This document shows, one piece after another, positions 25,311 to 37,629 of a DNA stretch of 37,666 nt. How positions within the stretch are numbered: position 1 is the stretch's first letter; every line of letters starts with the position of its first letter. Made by a program: the position numbers and the translations under genes. The stretch comes from Octopus bimaculoides (Eukaryota). The DNA lies in assembly GCF_001194135.2 (NCBI RefSeq), contig NC_068993.1, positions 46,374,513 to 46,412,178 of the forward strand. The letters run 5' to 3'. The notes under the pieces are model-generated. The model was not told the origin of the DNA. It searched no databases and was given only the letters and a program-made list of their open reading frames with translations.

Positions 25311-26511
25311 CGTTTGAATGCGAATGTGTCAAAGAAAAGAATCGAACATCAATTTTAGAATAGTTTATGTTTTATGAACAGCTTGGAATTCTATTCTTAC
25401 CACACAAATATTACACCTAACTGTTCAGGTAATGTGACGTGGAGTGCGTTATGTTATTTCATATTTGTTTATTGATTCTTAAAATTAAAATAAACGCTGA
25501 TGTTCTGTTCCAGTGATTATTTATTTGATTTGCCAGACATGTGTTTTCATTGTCTGTTGAATTTGTAGTGCTTCTGAATCAGTATACTCGTATTAACGGT
25601 TTCGTGTGTGTGTATGTGTGTGTGAGAGAGAGAGAGAGCATATATATCCCTGATAAAACGTATCTGTTTGTGACTGATGAAGCTAGATGAATGATTATGT
25701 GGGAATTTATTACAGAGGAGAAAGAAAGAAATTCCCTTTGTTGATACTTGAGATAACACATCACTGTGGTAAAGTGTTATTCAAGTTTATTGGATTACAG
25801 TGTATTAATTTATTTGGAAAGAGCTCATGGAAACGTTTCACAAGAGAGGTCACTCTGAAGTCAGAACAATAGAGGGGCGAAATATTATTTCAAGATGTAA
25901 TAGAAAAATGTTTTGTTCGGATTTTATGTTACAGCTGTTGTGGCATTAAAGGGGTATTATTCCATATCTAGAGACGAAGTAGCAAATTCTGTGTATTTAT
26001 TTAGTGTACTGCTTTCGATTTTGACGAAGACGTATTTTCTTAGACCTATTCGTTGTCAGTGTTGTAGAGCCAACCTCCACCTCTATTTCAAGGAATCCGA
26101 GACTGATGAGAAGATGAGAGGAAGTTAAAAATAGATCAGAGTCTTCATACTAATACATTGATATATTGTGCCCTCCGCTAAAGACGCACAAAGTCTAGGT
26201 AGTGATGTTAAATATAACTGTAATTGTTTCTCACATATGTACACAGTTGGATATATGAAGGGAGTGTTTCATTATTAAATCGAAAATATATTCAATATAT
26301 TACTATATATTCAATATATTCCTACATAGAAACAATTTCTACATAGTTTCTATGATATTTCATTTTAGGTTTTCTCATTATTGTCCAAAACATTAACTAC
26401 ATACATACGTACATACCTACATGCATACATACATACAGCACGGATTAAACTACAATAGTCCATTCTTTTAAGTTTATTCTTTTATATATACCTATTCTTG
26501 TTTTCTTCTAG

Positions 26512-26644
26512 ATACATTAAATTATCCAGTCCTATACTGAACAATGTTGCAGTTATTGGATGTATACTAGTCTATCTTGCCCTCATGCTACTTGGTTTTG
26601 ACGAGAAGACGATGCGGCGAGATCATTATCCATTTGTTTGCACT
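26512..26644 (+). CDS. Internal coding exon of a GABA-B-receptor-type class C GPCR (ICL1-TM2-ECL1-start of TM3); R2/R3-like, subunit not assigned
   Basis: Polypyrimidine acceptor ttgttttcttctag|A (AG 26510-26511, phase 2) and donor ACT|gtaagt (26645). Translation (R/K)YIKLSSPILNNVAVIGCILVYLALMLLGFDEKTMRRDHYPFVCT matches the GABA-B pattern IKxSSPxxNNxxxxGxxLxYxxxxLxGxD...CT recalled from GABBR2 ([32 protein letters not shown]...LCT). No other exon of the gene was recognisable in the window. Confidence 0.92.
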
Positions 26645-27155
26645 GTAAGTAACAGCTATGTATTAATGCATTTACTGTAATACGAACGCATGTGCACACA
26701 TACCCACAAATATATATGTATGTATGTATGTATATATGTGTGTGTGTATGTATGTATATATGTGTGTATGTATGTATATGTATATATATATATAAAGTAT
26801 TATTACCAATATGTATGCACGAGTGCATGGATTGGTGGATGGATATATATATATANNNNNNNNNNNNNNNNNNNNNNNNNNNNNNNNNNNNNNNNNNNNN
26901 NNNNNNNNNNNNNNNNNNNNNNNNNNNNNNNNNNNNNNNNNNNNNNNNNNNNNNNNNNNNNNNNNNNNNNNNNNNNNNNNNNNNNNNNNNNNNNNNNNNN
27001 NNNNNNNNNNNNNNNNNNNNNNNNNNNNNNNNNNNNNNNNNNNNNNNNNNNNNNNNNNNNNNNNNNNNNNNNNNNNNNNNNNNNNNNNNNNNNNNNNNNN
27101 NNNNNNNNNNNNNNNNNNNNNNNNNNNNNNNNNNNTATATATATATATATATATT

Positions 27156-27190
<35 letters not shown>

Positions 27191-27258
27191 ATATATATAT
27201 TCTTATACTTCCTAATTTTATGCAGCATATAAACAAGCTGCTCTAACATCAATATGTT

Positions 27259-28640
27259 TCATTTGGTAAGAGTTCGGGGGTAGAGAACAATTTTTTGTTT
27301 GGCAATATACTCTGACGGAAAGATACCTATTTGCCTCAATACATGAGTATGAAATATAGAGCCTACTATGAGAGAGACGTGTACTTGACCCTTCACATCC
27401 AGCTCTTTGAGGGACTTCGCTGAGAAATATTGATAGTAATAGAAGACGATAAAATCACTTGAAACTGAATATGCTTGTATTCAATGGCGTATATTATGGT
27501 ATGACGGGGAATCTGTAGCATCAAAAAATTTCCGTTGCCGCAGCCATTTATAGTTGGTTTTTGTTACAGGGAGCATAAGAGTTTTTACAGCTAATCTCGA
27601 AACGATACAGAATTTTGTTACATCCAAATGACATAACGGCATAATGAGAGTTCCTACCTGTAGCTGAAAATTGTGAGGATGGACAACAGAGTAGTGAAGA
27701 GGTCTGAGAAACTCTGTTGGATAGTTGACAGCATCGTAAACATCACCCAAAATGTCAACCCTACTCGCTGGATTAACCTGAAAACCGTTAAATGATGATA
27801 ACTTTAATATCCTGCAATTTTTTTTTTAGGGAACCAGTAAAGCACATTTATAAACTCACGCATGGTTTTTAGCATTCTATGAGAAGCTAAGATAAACATT
27901 CGATAACGTTTTTAGAAATGTGTTGATGCTTGTTTCACATATTTTCATATTAAGACAGTTCCGTGCTCAGTATCAAGTGGTAGCTACCCATTTCCTAGTT
28001 GAAGCAAAAAGTGAATAAACTGGGCTGTTGAGACATCATTATAAAGTTTATCTTTCATATTAATAGAAAAATGAAGGCTTTCCACTCGTTTCCAAATATG
28101 GTATATTCCGTGTCTTGTTTGTAACTCATCAGTTGGTGTTATCCTTGACAATGGCTAGAAATGTTTGCTTGAAATTACCAGAGAACGCGACTGAGATTTC
28201 TCTAATGATGGTAGTGTTATTTCTGAGAAATTGAAAAGTGCGATCACTCTCATGATGTCACCTTGGCCTACTTCAGAACCTTTGCTTGTTAAGATCCCTT
28301 GCCAATATTGCACATAACAACAGCAAGGTTGAGTGGCTGTTTAAATGCGGAATGGGCAAGCCTTACGCAAGTTAACATGATTGCAGCAATTTCAGGTGAG
28401 CAATCTGCTTGTATATACAAACTTTCTTAAAGTAGGTTGATCGAAAATGATTAGCCTGCTCCTCCAGAGGATATTACTATTAATCTCGATTTTGATGTCG
28501 CCGATTACTTTATCCATATACAAGTATTTCATCTGTACTTTGTTTTAGTCGACTAACTGTTTCATTTATTAATTATCAATCTTGATTGCCGAAGGGATTT
28601 CTCAACCAATTGTTCCACTTCGTATTCGCAATGGGAGTCG
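27259..28640 (-). mobile_element. Helitron RepHel relic (PIF1-type SF1 helicase domain), heavily decayed
   Basis: Collinear minus-strand motifs: SGGAG*SF (Walker A with K to stop, ~28446-28474), EIAAIML...RLAHSAFKQPLNL, FSGNFKQT, FLLQLGNG, DAVNYPTEFL...PHNFQLQVG, EYKHIQF...ITINISQ, SHSRLYISYS, KIVLYPRTL*; these follow the order of Helitron helicase motifs I-VI. Confidence 0.88.
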
Positions 28641-29165
28641 ACGCTGTTCATGATCCTTATTAATGATTAGATGTGTGCGTGTGTATGTGTGTTTACTACC
28701 GCTAAATTTTTTACCCCTATTACTGTATATCTTCTACCGTGCCCTCCTGATGATGAGTTTCACAGAATGTAACATAGTTGTAGAAGGACCTAAAATTTCA
28801 CTGGGTCTAAACACAGAGTGTAGATATTATTGCTCTATACATTCTAAGCTAAAGTGTCTTTTTATTCGTGTCAGACATGATATCTGAGCGATAATGTGTG
28901 GCAAAGACACCATATTTGCACAATTGAAAGAATACAGTTAGTTTAGGCCAGGGCCAATTCTGTGATAGTCTTAGCCTTCTAAATTAAAGTAATCAATACA
29001 CATCACAATACACATCACAGAGCATAAAGCTTAAAAGAAGAGGCTGATCTTAAATGTAATTACGATTTTATATTTTTTCTCATAGCTACGAAACAATATA
29101 CATATGAATGAAAATGTATGCCCCTCTTGCGACTGGAGTTAAACAAAATCAAAATGAACATATAT

Positions 29166-29166
29166 G

Positions 29167-29253
<87 letters not shown>
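29166..29253. repeat. (TAA)n microsatellite
   Basis: Read directly from the sequence. Confidence 0.97.
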
Positions 29254-29254
<1 letters not shown>

Positions 29255-29325
29255 GTATATATATTTTTTTATTTTATTTATGTGTTTCAGCCAAGTGGCT
29301 GCGGTCATGCTGGTGCACCACCGTG

Positions 29326-29359
<34 letters not shown>

Positions 29360-29629
29360 ACTAGGTCTAACAGCGAAAACAAATTCTCTTGAAGTCATTA
29401 TCCATTTACAGGCATTTCATTCTTCGTTTCAGTGATTCTAGGAAATAGTAACATTTTTTTCATTTTCCATTTTCCATTACTAATAGTTTTTTTTTTTTCA
29501 TTATTATGCAACGTTCCAATCGGGGATATGATGTGTGCATGTAAACAGGTGCACACAGTAACAAACATGCTCGTACAAGTTTTACCATACATACATAAAT
29601 ATACATACAGAGACATAGAAATATATATA

Positions 29630-29679
<50 letters not shown>

Positions 29680-29869
29680 TGTGTGTATGCATTTATATAT
29701 AAGTATGTGGCATTTATTTTATCATATACACATACTATGTCATAATATACGTCAAATATATATACTATATCGTCATATGCATATACGTAGACATATACAG
29801 GCATACACACCTCACACACACATGCAGACACACAGGCACTCAAAAACACACATAAACATAAACAAAACG

Positions 29870-29906
<37 letters not shown>

Positions 29907-30489
29907 CTCATATATGTGTGCGTGTATACATTTCATACATATACCAATATGTTACACAAATATTATACTCATCTACATGCGTGTGTGCACGTATATACAT
30001 GTGCGTGTGCGTGCGTGTGAGTGCGTGTATGTATGTATATATAATAATGATATATATATATATTACAAAAATACATACATGCATAAATATGTTTGTCTGT
30101 GCATACACACACACACACACACACACATACACATGTATATATATATATATATATANNNNNNNNNNNNNNNNNNNNNNNNNNNNNNNNNNNNNNNNNNNNN
30201 NNNNNNNNNNNNNNNNNNNNNNNNNNNNNNNNNNNNNNNNNNNNNNNNNNNNNNNNNNNNNNNNNNNNNNNNNNNNNNNNNNNNNNNNNNNNNNNNNNNN
30301 NNNNNNNNNNNNNNNNNNNNNNNNNNNNNNNNNNNNNNNNNNNNNNNNNNNNNNNNNNNNNNNNNNNNNNNNNNNNNNNNNNNNNNNNATACACATATAT
30401 ATATGTATGTATGTATGCGTGCGTATGTGTGTGTGTGTGTGTAATTATTCAGTTTATTTCACGATTTCTTTCCAGTAGAGAAAGAACTG

Positions 30490-31033
30490 GTTTGTAACCT
30501 AGTTCCAAGGATCCTTCATTGGAATTTCAACATCCACAACAGTGTATTTTTGTTTGTTTGTATGTATGTATGTGCAGATTTGTATTTTTTATGTATGTAT
30601 TCTCATGCATATAGTTGCATATCTAGACATGCTTATATGTATTTAAATGCTAAACTTCTGTAAAGTTTTGCAGATTTTTACAGTTCCAGTGACTGATTGG
30701 ATCTGTAGTCTTCCAATTAGCTTTCTCATTTCTCGTTTTGAGAAGCCTAATTTTTCAGGATTGGTATTAGGCAGTGTTTTACATATTCCAGGGCCCTAAT
30801 AATTACAGGTATAAACCTGAACCTGTAATGTGGATAGAGTAACTGCAGGTTTCTCAATAGCTCAGCATAGGTATTCTCCTTTTCATTGATCTTCAGCTTT
30901 ATGTTAACATCCGTTGAGCATCTAATTTCCACAACTGTGCACAAGTGTCTCTTCTCTATCCCAAATCATTTTATCAGGTCTGTTGTACTTACATTATATT
31001 GAGGTCTTCACTTGTACATTCCACCAGTATTCC
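30490..31033 (-). mobile_element. 3' end of an RLE-encoding non-LTR retrotransposon (R4/Dong/NeSL-like)
   Basis: Minus strand EYWWNVQVKTSI*CKYNRPDKMIWDREE / CTVVEIRCSTDVNIKLKINEKENTYAELLRNLQLLYPHYRFRFIPVIIRALEY / LGFSK...LQIQSVTGTVKICKTLQKFSI* (stop 30643-30645): NRPD..E..EK..Y restriction-like endonuclease signature, then a short 3' UTR. Clade assignment is tentative. Confidence 0.8.
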
Positions 31034-31114
31034 ATTTTATTATGCATATATGTATGTATATGTGTGTATTCATTTATGTATATTTATACATGTATACGTT
31101 TATATATATATGTG

Positions 31115-31184
<70 letters not shown>

Positions 31185-31315
31185 CCTAAATTCAATAATA
31201 GGACGAATTCTTTTACAAGAATTTATCAAGTAGCTAGCGTGAAAAAAACCTCATAAGGGAAAAATTCATCATTTATTCCCGAAATATATATTTATATTTA
31301 TATAAGGGCCTGTAT

Positions 31316-31390
<75 letters not shown>

Positions 31391-31772
31391 CACTGCGGCA
31401 CTCCGTCGGTCACGACGACGAGGGTTCCAATTGATCTGATCTATGGAACAGCCTGCTCGGTAAATTAACGTACAAGTGGCTAAGCACTCCACAGACACGT
31501 ATACCCTTAACGTAGTTCTCGGGGAGATTCAGCGTGACACAGAGTGTGAAAAGGCTGGCCCTTTGAAATGCAGATACAAGAAAAACAGGAAGAATGAGTA
31601 AGAAGTAAGAGAAAGCTGCGGTAAAAGCGTACAGCAGGTTTCGCCATCACCCCTGACGGAGACTCGTGGAGCTTTAAGTATTTTCGCTCAATAAACACTC
31701 ACAATGTCCGGTCTAGGAATCGAAACCGCGATCCTATGACTGCGAGTCCGCTGCCACGCTGCCACTGGGCCT
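31391..31772 (-). mobile_element. tRNA-derived SINE, family C (near full length)
   Basis: Reverse complement has A-box-like GGCCCAGTGG, B-box GGTTTCGATTCC and a long GC-rich body (CACGCTGAATCTCCCCGAGAACTACGTTAAGGG...) ending at a (TATC)n tract. Confidence 0.8.
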
Positions 31773-31780
31773 TTGCGGTT

Positions 31781-31856
<76 letters not shown>

Positions 31857-31858
31857 AC

Positions 31859-31896
<38 letters not shown>

Positions 31897-32085
31897 GTAC
31901 GAGTCACGTTGCATTTAAAATGGCGTATCCTCGGATGGATTAGATACTTTTTGTCACTTGCCACAATACAAGTCGATAAGTAAATAACTTTTCAATTAAA
32001 CATGAATTAGTCTTATCAACTGCATAGCAGATCAGCTTTATAACTCCGCATCTTTCATTGATACACACACACGCACGCACGCACA

Positions 32086-32124
<39 letters not shown>

Positions 32125-32134
32125 NNNNNNNNNN

Positions 32135-32191
<57 letters not shown>

Positions 32192-32558
32192 GCTTTATTT
32201 GTATGTGGATCTTCTTTCATACATGACGTGGTGCGTGTGTATGCGTATGCAACTGAAAAGAATTTGATTGGTCGCGACTGAATGTAATTTTGTGGATTAT
32301 TTTTGAGGAAACATACGATTATTCACGGTAGTGTATGTATGCTTAGGTTCATATGTAGGTGTCAGTATATTTATGCATATATAGGCATATTAATATATGT
32401 GAGTATGCGTACGTATCTGTTTATATATCTATATTGGTTCTTATATACATATTTATAGATTCTTATACTTATACGTATCTATATTCGTGTTTACTTATTT
32501 GTATATATGTAAAAATATGCGTGTGCGCGAATATATATATATATATACATATTTATGC

Positions 32559-32604
<46 letters not shown>

Positions 32605-32800
32605 ATTAGAAAGTGGAGGATAATATACTGAACCCAACTACTTGCAGACAGTGTAACCTGTTGAATTCATTAATTTAATTCATAGCTATAGTGACAAAAA
32701 AAGAAAAAAAACCAAAGTACAGGTGTTTATGACAAACCATGTTATTTTGCCAACCGGGTTTACATATAGAAGTACAAAGTACATAAGGTATTAGAGAATG

Positions 32801-32960
32801 AACAGAAGTTTAATCTTACAGCTGTTTCGGCCTAGCTTTGGCATACCCCATTCTATCCGAATAGTTCTTGCCGGAGTGATTATCGGATGAAATGTTGAAA
32901 TGGGGTTACATGCCCGAACCGCTAGGCCTCTTCAGAGATTCACATAGGCAGTCTTCTGTC
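32801..32960 (-). ncRNA. Type I hammerhead ribozyme (predicted) with extended stem II
   Basis: Minus-strand RNA: GACAGAAG-[12-nt loop]-AAUCU-CUGAAGA-GGCCUAGC-(84 nt)-GCUAGGCC-GAAA-C-AGCU-G-UA|AGAUU-AAA-CUUCUGUU. All core nucleotides present; stems I, II and III pair; predicted cleavage after GUA, between 32817 and 32816. Confidence 0.85.
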
Positions 32961-33575
32961 AAATGGTAAACGTCATAAAGACGGACCCATAACAAAACCA
33001 ATCAAAAAGGAAAGAACGATGGACAGATAACCATGAATACTATGAAATGGTTGATTTATGATTCACAGACGCTACTATGCAACACTATTCCAAAGACACA
33101 CAGGAATAAACTCGTACAGTAAATACTCAACAAAATGAACAAAGCCCACATCGTTTGCCATAGATGTTTGACACCCAACAGAAAAATACAACTTGCGCTA
33201 CACAAACAACACACAATGCAAAAACTAATACAACACAAGATTCAAACCAAACTCCATAACAAAACATACTGGTGCAATATAATATCCCCCACCCAAAGAA
33301 AATTTAGCACCCACCACCTCACAAGCAAAAAGATGCAACAAATGATGCCATAGAAAGTCGCTTGAAACTATCAGATGTCTAAAAATAATAGCGGTGATAA
33401 CCTTGGTGACGAAAGTTACCTTATCTCAGTTTATGAGAGACAGCAGTTTCCGTAAAACTCTAGTTGTAACAGCTTAAATGAAGCTGGACCTTTAAGGGTA
33501 GGTCTCTCGCTTGGCAGTGGTTCAATAAAGATGCAGACTGACCACAGCTGTTATCCTACTACATCATAAGCAAAT

Positions 33576-33596
33576 TATTATATTATTATTATTATT

Positions 33597-33693
<97 letters not shown>

Positions 33694-33706
33694 TCATTAT
33701 TATTAT
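33576..33706. repeat. Compound (ATT)n(GTT)n(AGT)n microsatellite
   Basis: Read directly; a similar ATT/GTT compound lies at 34748-34865. Confidence 0.95.
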
Positions 33707-34762
33707 CTAAATCTCACCGTTAAACAATGATCACAATGAGAAGACTTCATTCGCATTATGTATATGTACAGAGCTACCGTACATATGTAAGTGCACGTGT
33801 GCGTCTACGTGTGGGTACAGAGAGAACAAAAGACAGAGAGTTAGAGTAATACAGATTTACACATCTACACATATGTTTTGCTACGGTTTTGCCTTGGTAC
33901 GTTTATTTTCATTCTTTTTTTCTTCTGTCTTCAGTTTCTTTCTCATTTTCGTCCTCACCACTCCTAAAGAACCTCGTCCTCACCACTCCACGAACAAATA
34001 CTGTGTTCTAAGAATATCAGCTTCTCAGACTCAGCACCAACTGTTAGTCTTTCTAAAGTGAATTTACCTGGTCAAACTATAGATTAGTTTAGTTCCATAC
34101 TTTTAATTAAAAACAAGATTGCTTATTATTAGTCTATTGGTTAGTATCATAACAACGATCTTTCTTTATATGAAGGTGATTTTTTTTTTACTTTTAATTT
34201 CGGTTTATACATCTGGATTTGCCATCTATAGCAGCATTCGTTGATGTAGTTGTTTTGTTGTGTGCTGGCTAGGATGGCGGTGGAATTGTGATGGCTGTGG
34301 TGGCGGTCGTTGCCCAGGTCGTTGCAGTAGTGTTACTGGTGTTAGTGTAGTCTTCATGATGGTAGTGTTAAAGGTGTTGTTGTCGTCGTCGTTTTTACTA
34401 TTGTTGTTGTTGTTTTTATTCAAGAAATCATCATGAAATATGTCTAGGTAATTCGATGCTATTATCCAGAGTGAATATTGTAGAAAAGACTTCTAATAAA
34501 ACGTTCTCAAAGGAAAGAAAAGAACGCATTAAAAATCCATTCCCCACCTGGCTGGCAATTTAAAATGATTTCAATAGAAGCTGGTATTAATAAGAGAGAG
34601 GGAGAGAGAGAGAGAGAGAAAAAGAGGGAGTGAAAGAGAGGGAGTGAAAGAGAGGGAGAGAGAGAGATGGTGAAGGTGAGAAAGAAACAGAAAGTGAGGG
34701 AGGGATTGAAGGAAATTGTGTAACAACCAAAATATTACTTTGATAAATTATTATTATTATTA

Positions 34763-34814
<52 letters not shown>

Positions 34815-35293
34815 CATCATAATTATTATTGTTGTTGTTGTTATTGTTGCTGTTGTTTTTGCTATTAGTTTGGTATACTGCCTGGTGGTGTTGTGGTGTT
34901 GCCTCTATGTAATTTATTTTCAACAGATTTCAGCTGAAAAGGAATTCGATATGACGCACAGATATCAGCTACATTGATCCTACTTTCCCACCTCATCTGC
35001 TGATACATAAACGCATAAATTCATGCATACATATATAAACACACACATGTACGTACATTACACACACATACACACACACACATATATATACATATTCCCG
35101 TAGGTACATATTATAGTTATTATATNNNNNNNNNNNNNNNNNNNNNNNNNNNNNNNNNNNNNNNNNNNNNNNNNNNNNNNNNNNNNNNNNNNNNNNNNNN
35201 NNNNTATATATATATATATATATTTACAGAGAACTGTATGTAATAGTGGCAATATATTCGCAGTATATCTGTGGGCAAGAAAGAAATGCAATC

Positions 35294-35336
35294 AGCCGGA
35301 CTAGTTTCGATCCACTGATGGGATATCGTCCGCTAC
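35294..35336 (-). ncRNA. Degenerate minimal hammerhead-like relic
   Basis: Minus strand GUAG-CGGACGA-UAUCC(CAUCAGU)GGAUC-GAAA-CUAG-UC|CGGCU; palindromic ACUAGU stem III and GUC triplet, but U4>G, G10.1>U and a weak stem I. Confidence 0.55.
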
Positions 35337-36649
35337 ATAATTATTCTGTAACTGTCCACAGAGAAAACTTTTATAAGCGTTCTATTACTGCTAGATTAAA
35401 TAATTCTATTAGCATATTATAATGAATCTGGCAACTTGTTCAAATAATGAATTACCAGTACATTATTGGAGTTCTATTTCCATGCCAAACTGTATATATC
35501 TAGAGAACAGGTCTATAGATTTTAGCCAATGTTTATAAAACTAGTGTTACTAAGCACGCAAGTAAGTTGAATAGACAACTTGCATAATGCAACACATTCT
35601 TGGCAACTAGGTGTTCATAATCTGTCTGTTGCGTGCAGCCGTATCTAAAATCTATACATATATTCTGTTGTTCAACATAGCACGTAACACAATACTGTTT
35701 TGAAGATGAAAGTCTAAGAAGATTAGAAATTCTTCAAAATGATTCCTCTTATTCTCTCAAAAAGCCAAAAGCTGTCTCACAATTATTATGTGTAGTTTTC
35801 ATATTAAGGCTGATTTGTAATATTTCAAATCATCAAAAAACTGTTGGATAATGCAACATGAATTAATAAGTATGCATCCTATTATAAAGCACGTGGGAAT
35901 ATAAGTTTTTCTCCTGACTCAACGATAAGGCTACAGTTCTGGTTGTTTTTACAAGGCAGCCATTTGGCAGAATCGTTAATCGTTAGGCCGTCTTACAAAA
36001 TGCCTCGCTGTAATTCTTACGGCATTTTTACACACAGCACAAATTCCAACGATGTCAACTTCTTTTATCACTCTTTGGTATTTGGTACTAATTCTTATTT
36101 TGCACATATGTCCTCAATTGCGTATTTGTCGAAAAATAGTTGTTTCATAATGTGGACAGAATCTCTAAATACTCTGGACGAAAGAGTTCCATATCCTCCT
36201 GAACAACCTACACCCATCTCTGCAATTTCACGTCGTTCCAATCTATCCCACTGAAGATTAGTACCAAACTAATAATGGTACATCACACAACGAGAGATAC
36301 GTCTCTCGTTGTGTGCTTGCGTTAGTGGTGTCCTGATCTTAATGTGTATTTTTCTTTTATTTAATAATTGAACCCCACGCAGCCTTTATCAACATTATAT
36401 ATACAGAGAGAGAGGCAGACTGACAGTCAGAGACAGACAGACAGACAGACTGAGACAGAGAGAGGCAAATCAAAAATGTAAACAATTATGGATACAGAAA
36501 CAGGAAAACAAAATTCAAAAGAATGTACACAGTCAATGCATTAGGTTGACGCTCAAAGAAAGTTTTTAAAAAAGTCAGGAGAGAAGGAAAAGGAAGTCCA
36601 AGAAAAGCACGTGTGTTGTTGCATTACTGAAGTGACCAGAATCGATAGG

Positions 36650-36701
<52 letters not shown>

Positions 36702-37458
36702 AACAAATATTGAATTATGTGTCACACATCATGATTACTCATCCTACAGAATACGTCACTAACAAACCTAAATCATGAACTTTCACATTCCTGATCTTTT
36801 CTGGTTACCTGCAATTTTTTTTTAAATTCACATTTGTAAAGTATCCTTCATAAAAATATGTTATAAAATGATTTGATACCGTGAGACGACTCTTATANNN
36901 NNNNNNNNNNNNNNNNNNNNNNNNNNNNNNNNNNNNNNNNNNNNNNNNNNNNNNNNNNNNNNNNNNNNTATATACACTCACACACACACATGCACACGAA
37001 CTCACACAGACGCACATACAAATATATATTCAAAAGAATGTATAAAAAGCTATAATTGGATAGAGCAAAAATTTAACTGCGATTTGCAAGTATATCTCTT
37101 TTATCTCTATTCCTTAATAATTATTGGGTATTTATTCTTTGAGAAATTTCATTTCTTCGGTAATAGTTCGATTAATAAAAAAAGAAATCGATTCTTTCAA
37201 GATAGTGAGCTGATAAGAGTTTAATCAATAATACTTTGTTTGATAAATATTCTCCATTTCACACTGAGCTGTATAAAGCCATGCACTCGACAACCGTTAG
37301 TGAAATGTGTGTATGTATGTTTATCAATGGTTGTGTTTGTGTGCTTCTGTATGCACGTGTATGTGTAATTAGTATGTCTGGTTATGTGTGTGTGTATGTG
37401 TCATTGCATATGCATAACTATATTTGTTTATATGTAAATATATATATATATGTGTATA

Positions 37459-37623
37459 GGCGCAGGAGTGGATGTGTAGTAATTAGCTTGCTTACGAACC
37501 ACATGGTTCTGAGTCCAGTCCCACTGTGTGGCACCTTTGGCAAGTGTCTTCTACTATAGCCTCGGGCCGATTAAAGCCTTGTGAGTGAATTTGGTAGACG
37601 GAAATTGAAAGAAGCCCATCGCT
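37459..37623 (+). mobile_element. SINE family A, 5' half (continues past window end)
   Basis: GGCGCAGGAGTGGATGTGTAGTAATTAGC...GGCAAGTGTCTTCTACTATAGCCTCGGGCCG...GAAAGAAGCCC. Confidence 0.92.
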
Positions 37624-37629
37624 TCTTTA

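Noticed and set aside
25930-26128. Acceptor plus 71-aa ORF just upstream of the GABA-B exon
   Set aside because: No resemblance to GABA-B TM1 or the extracellular domain, and no suitable donor.
27212-27241. Possible Helitron 3' hairpin (GCAGC/GCTGC) plus TTAG on the minus strand
   Set aside because: Only 5 bp, terminus is not CTRR, not followed by T, and very close to the stop codon.
36170-36255. Minus-strand WDRLERR resembling the Tc1 C-terminal WDxLxRR
   Set aside because: The preceding SPDLNPIE motif and downstream similarity are absent.
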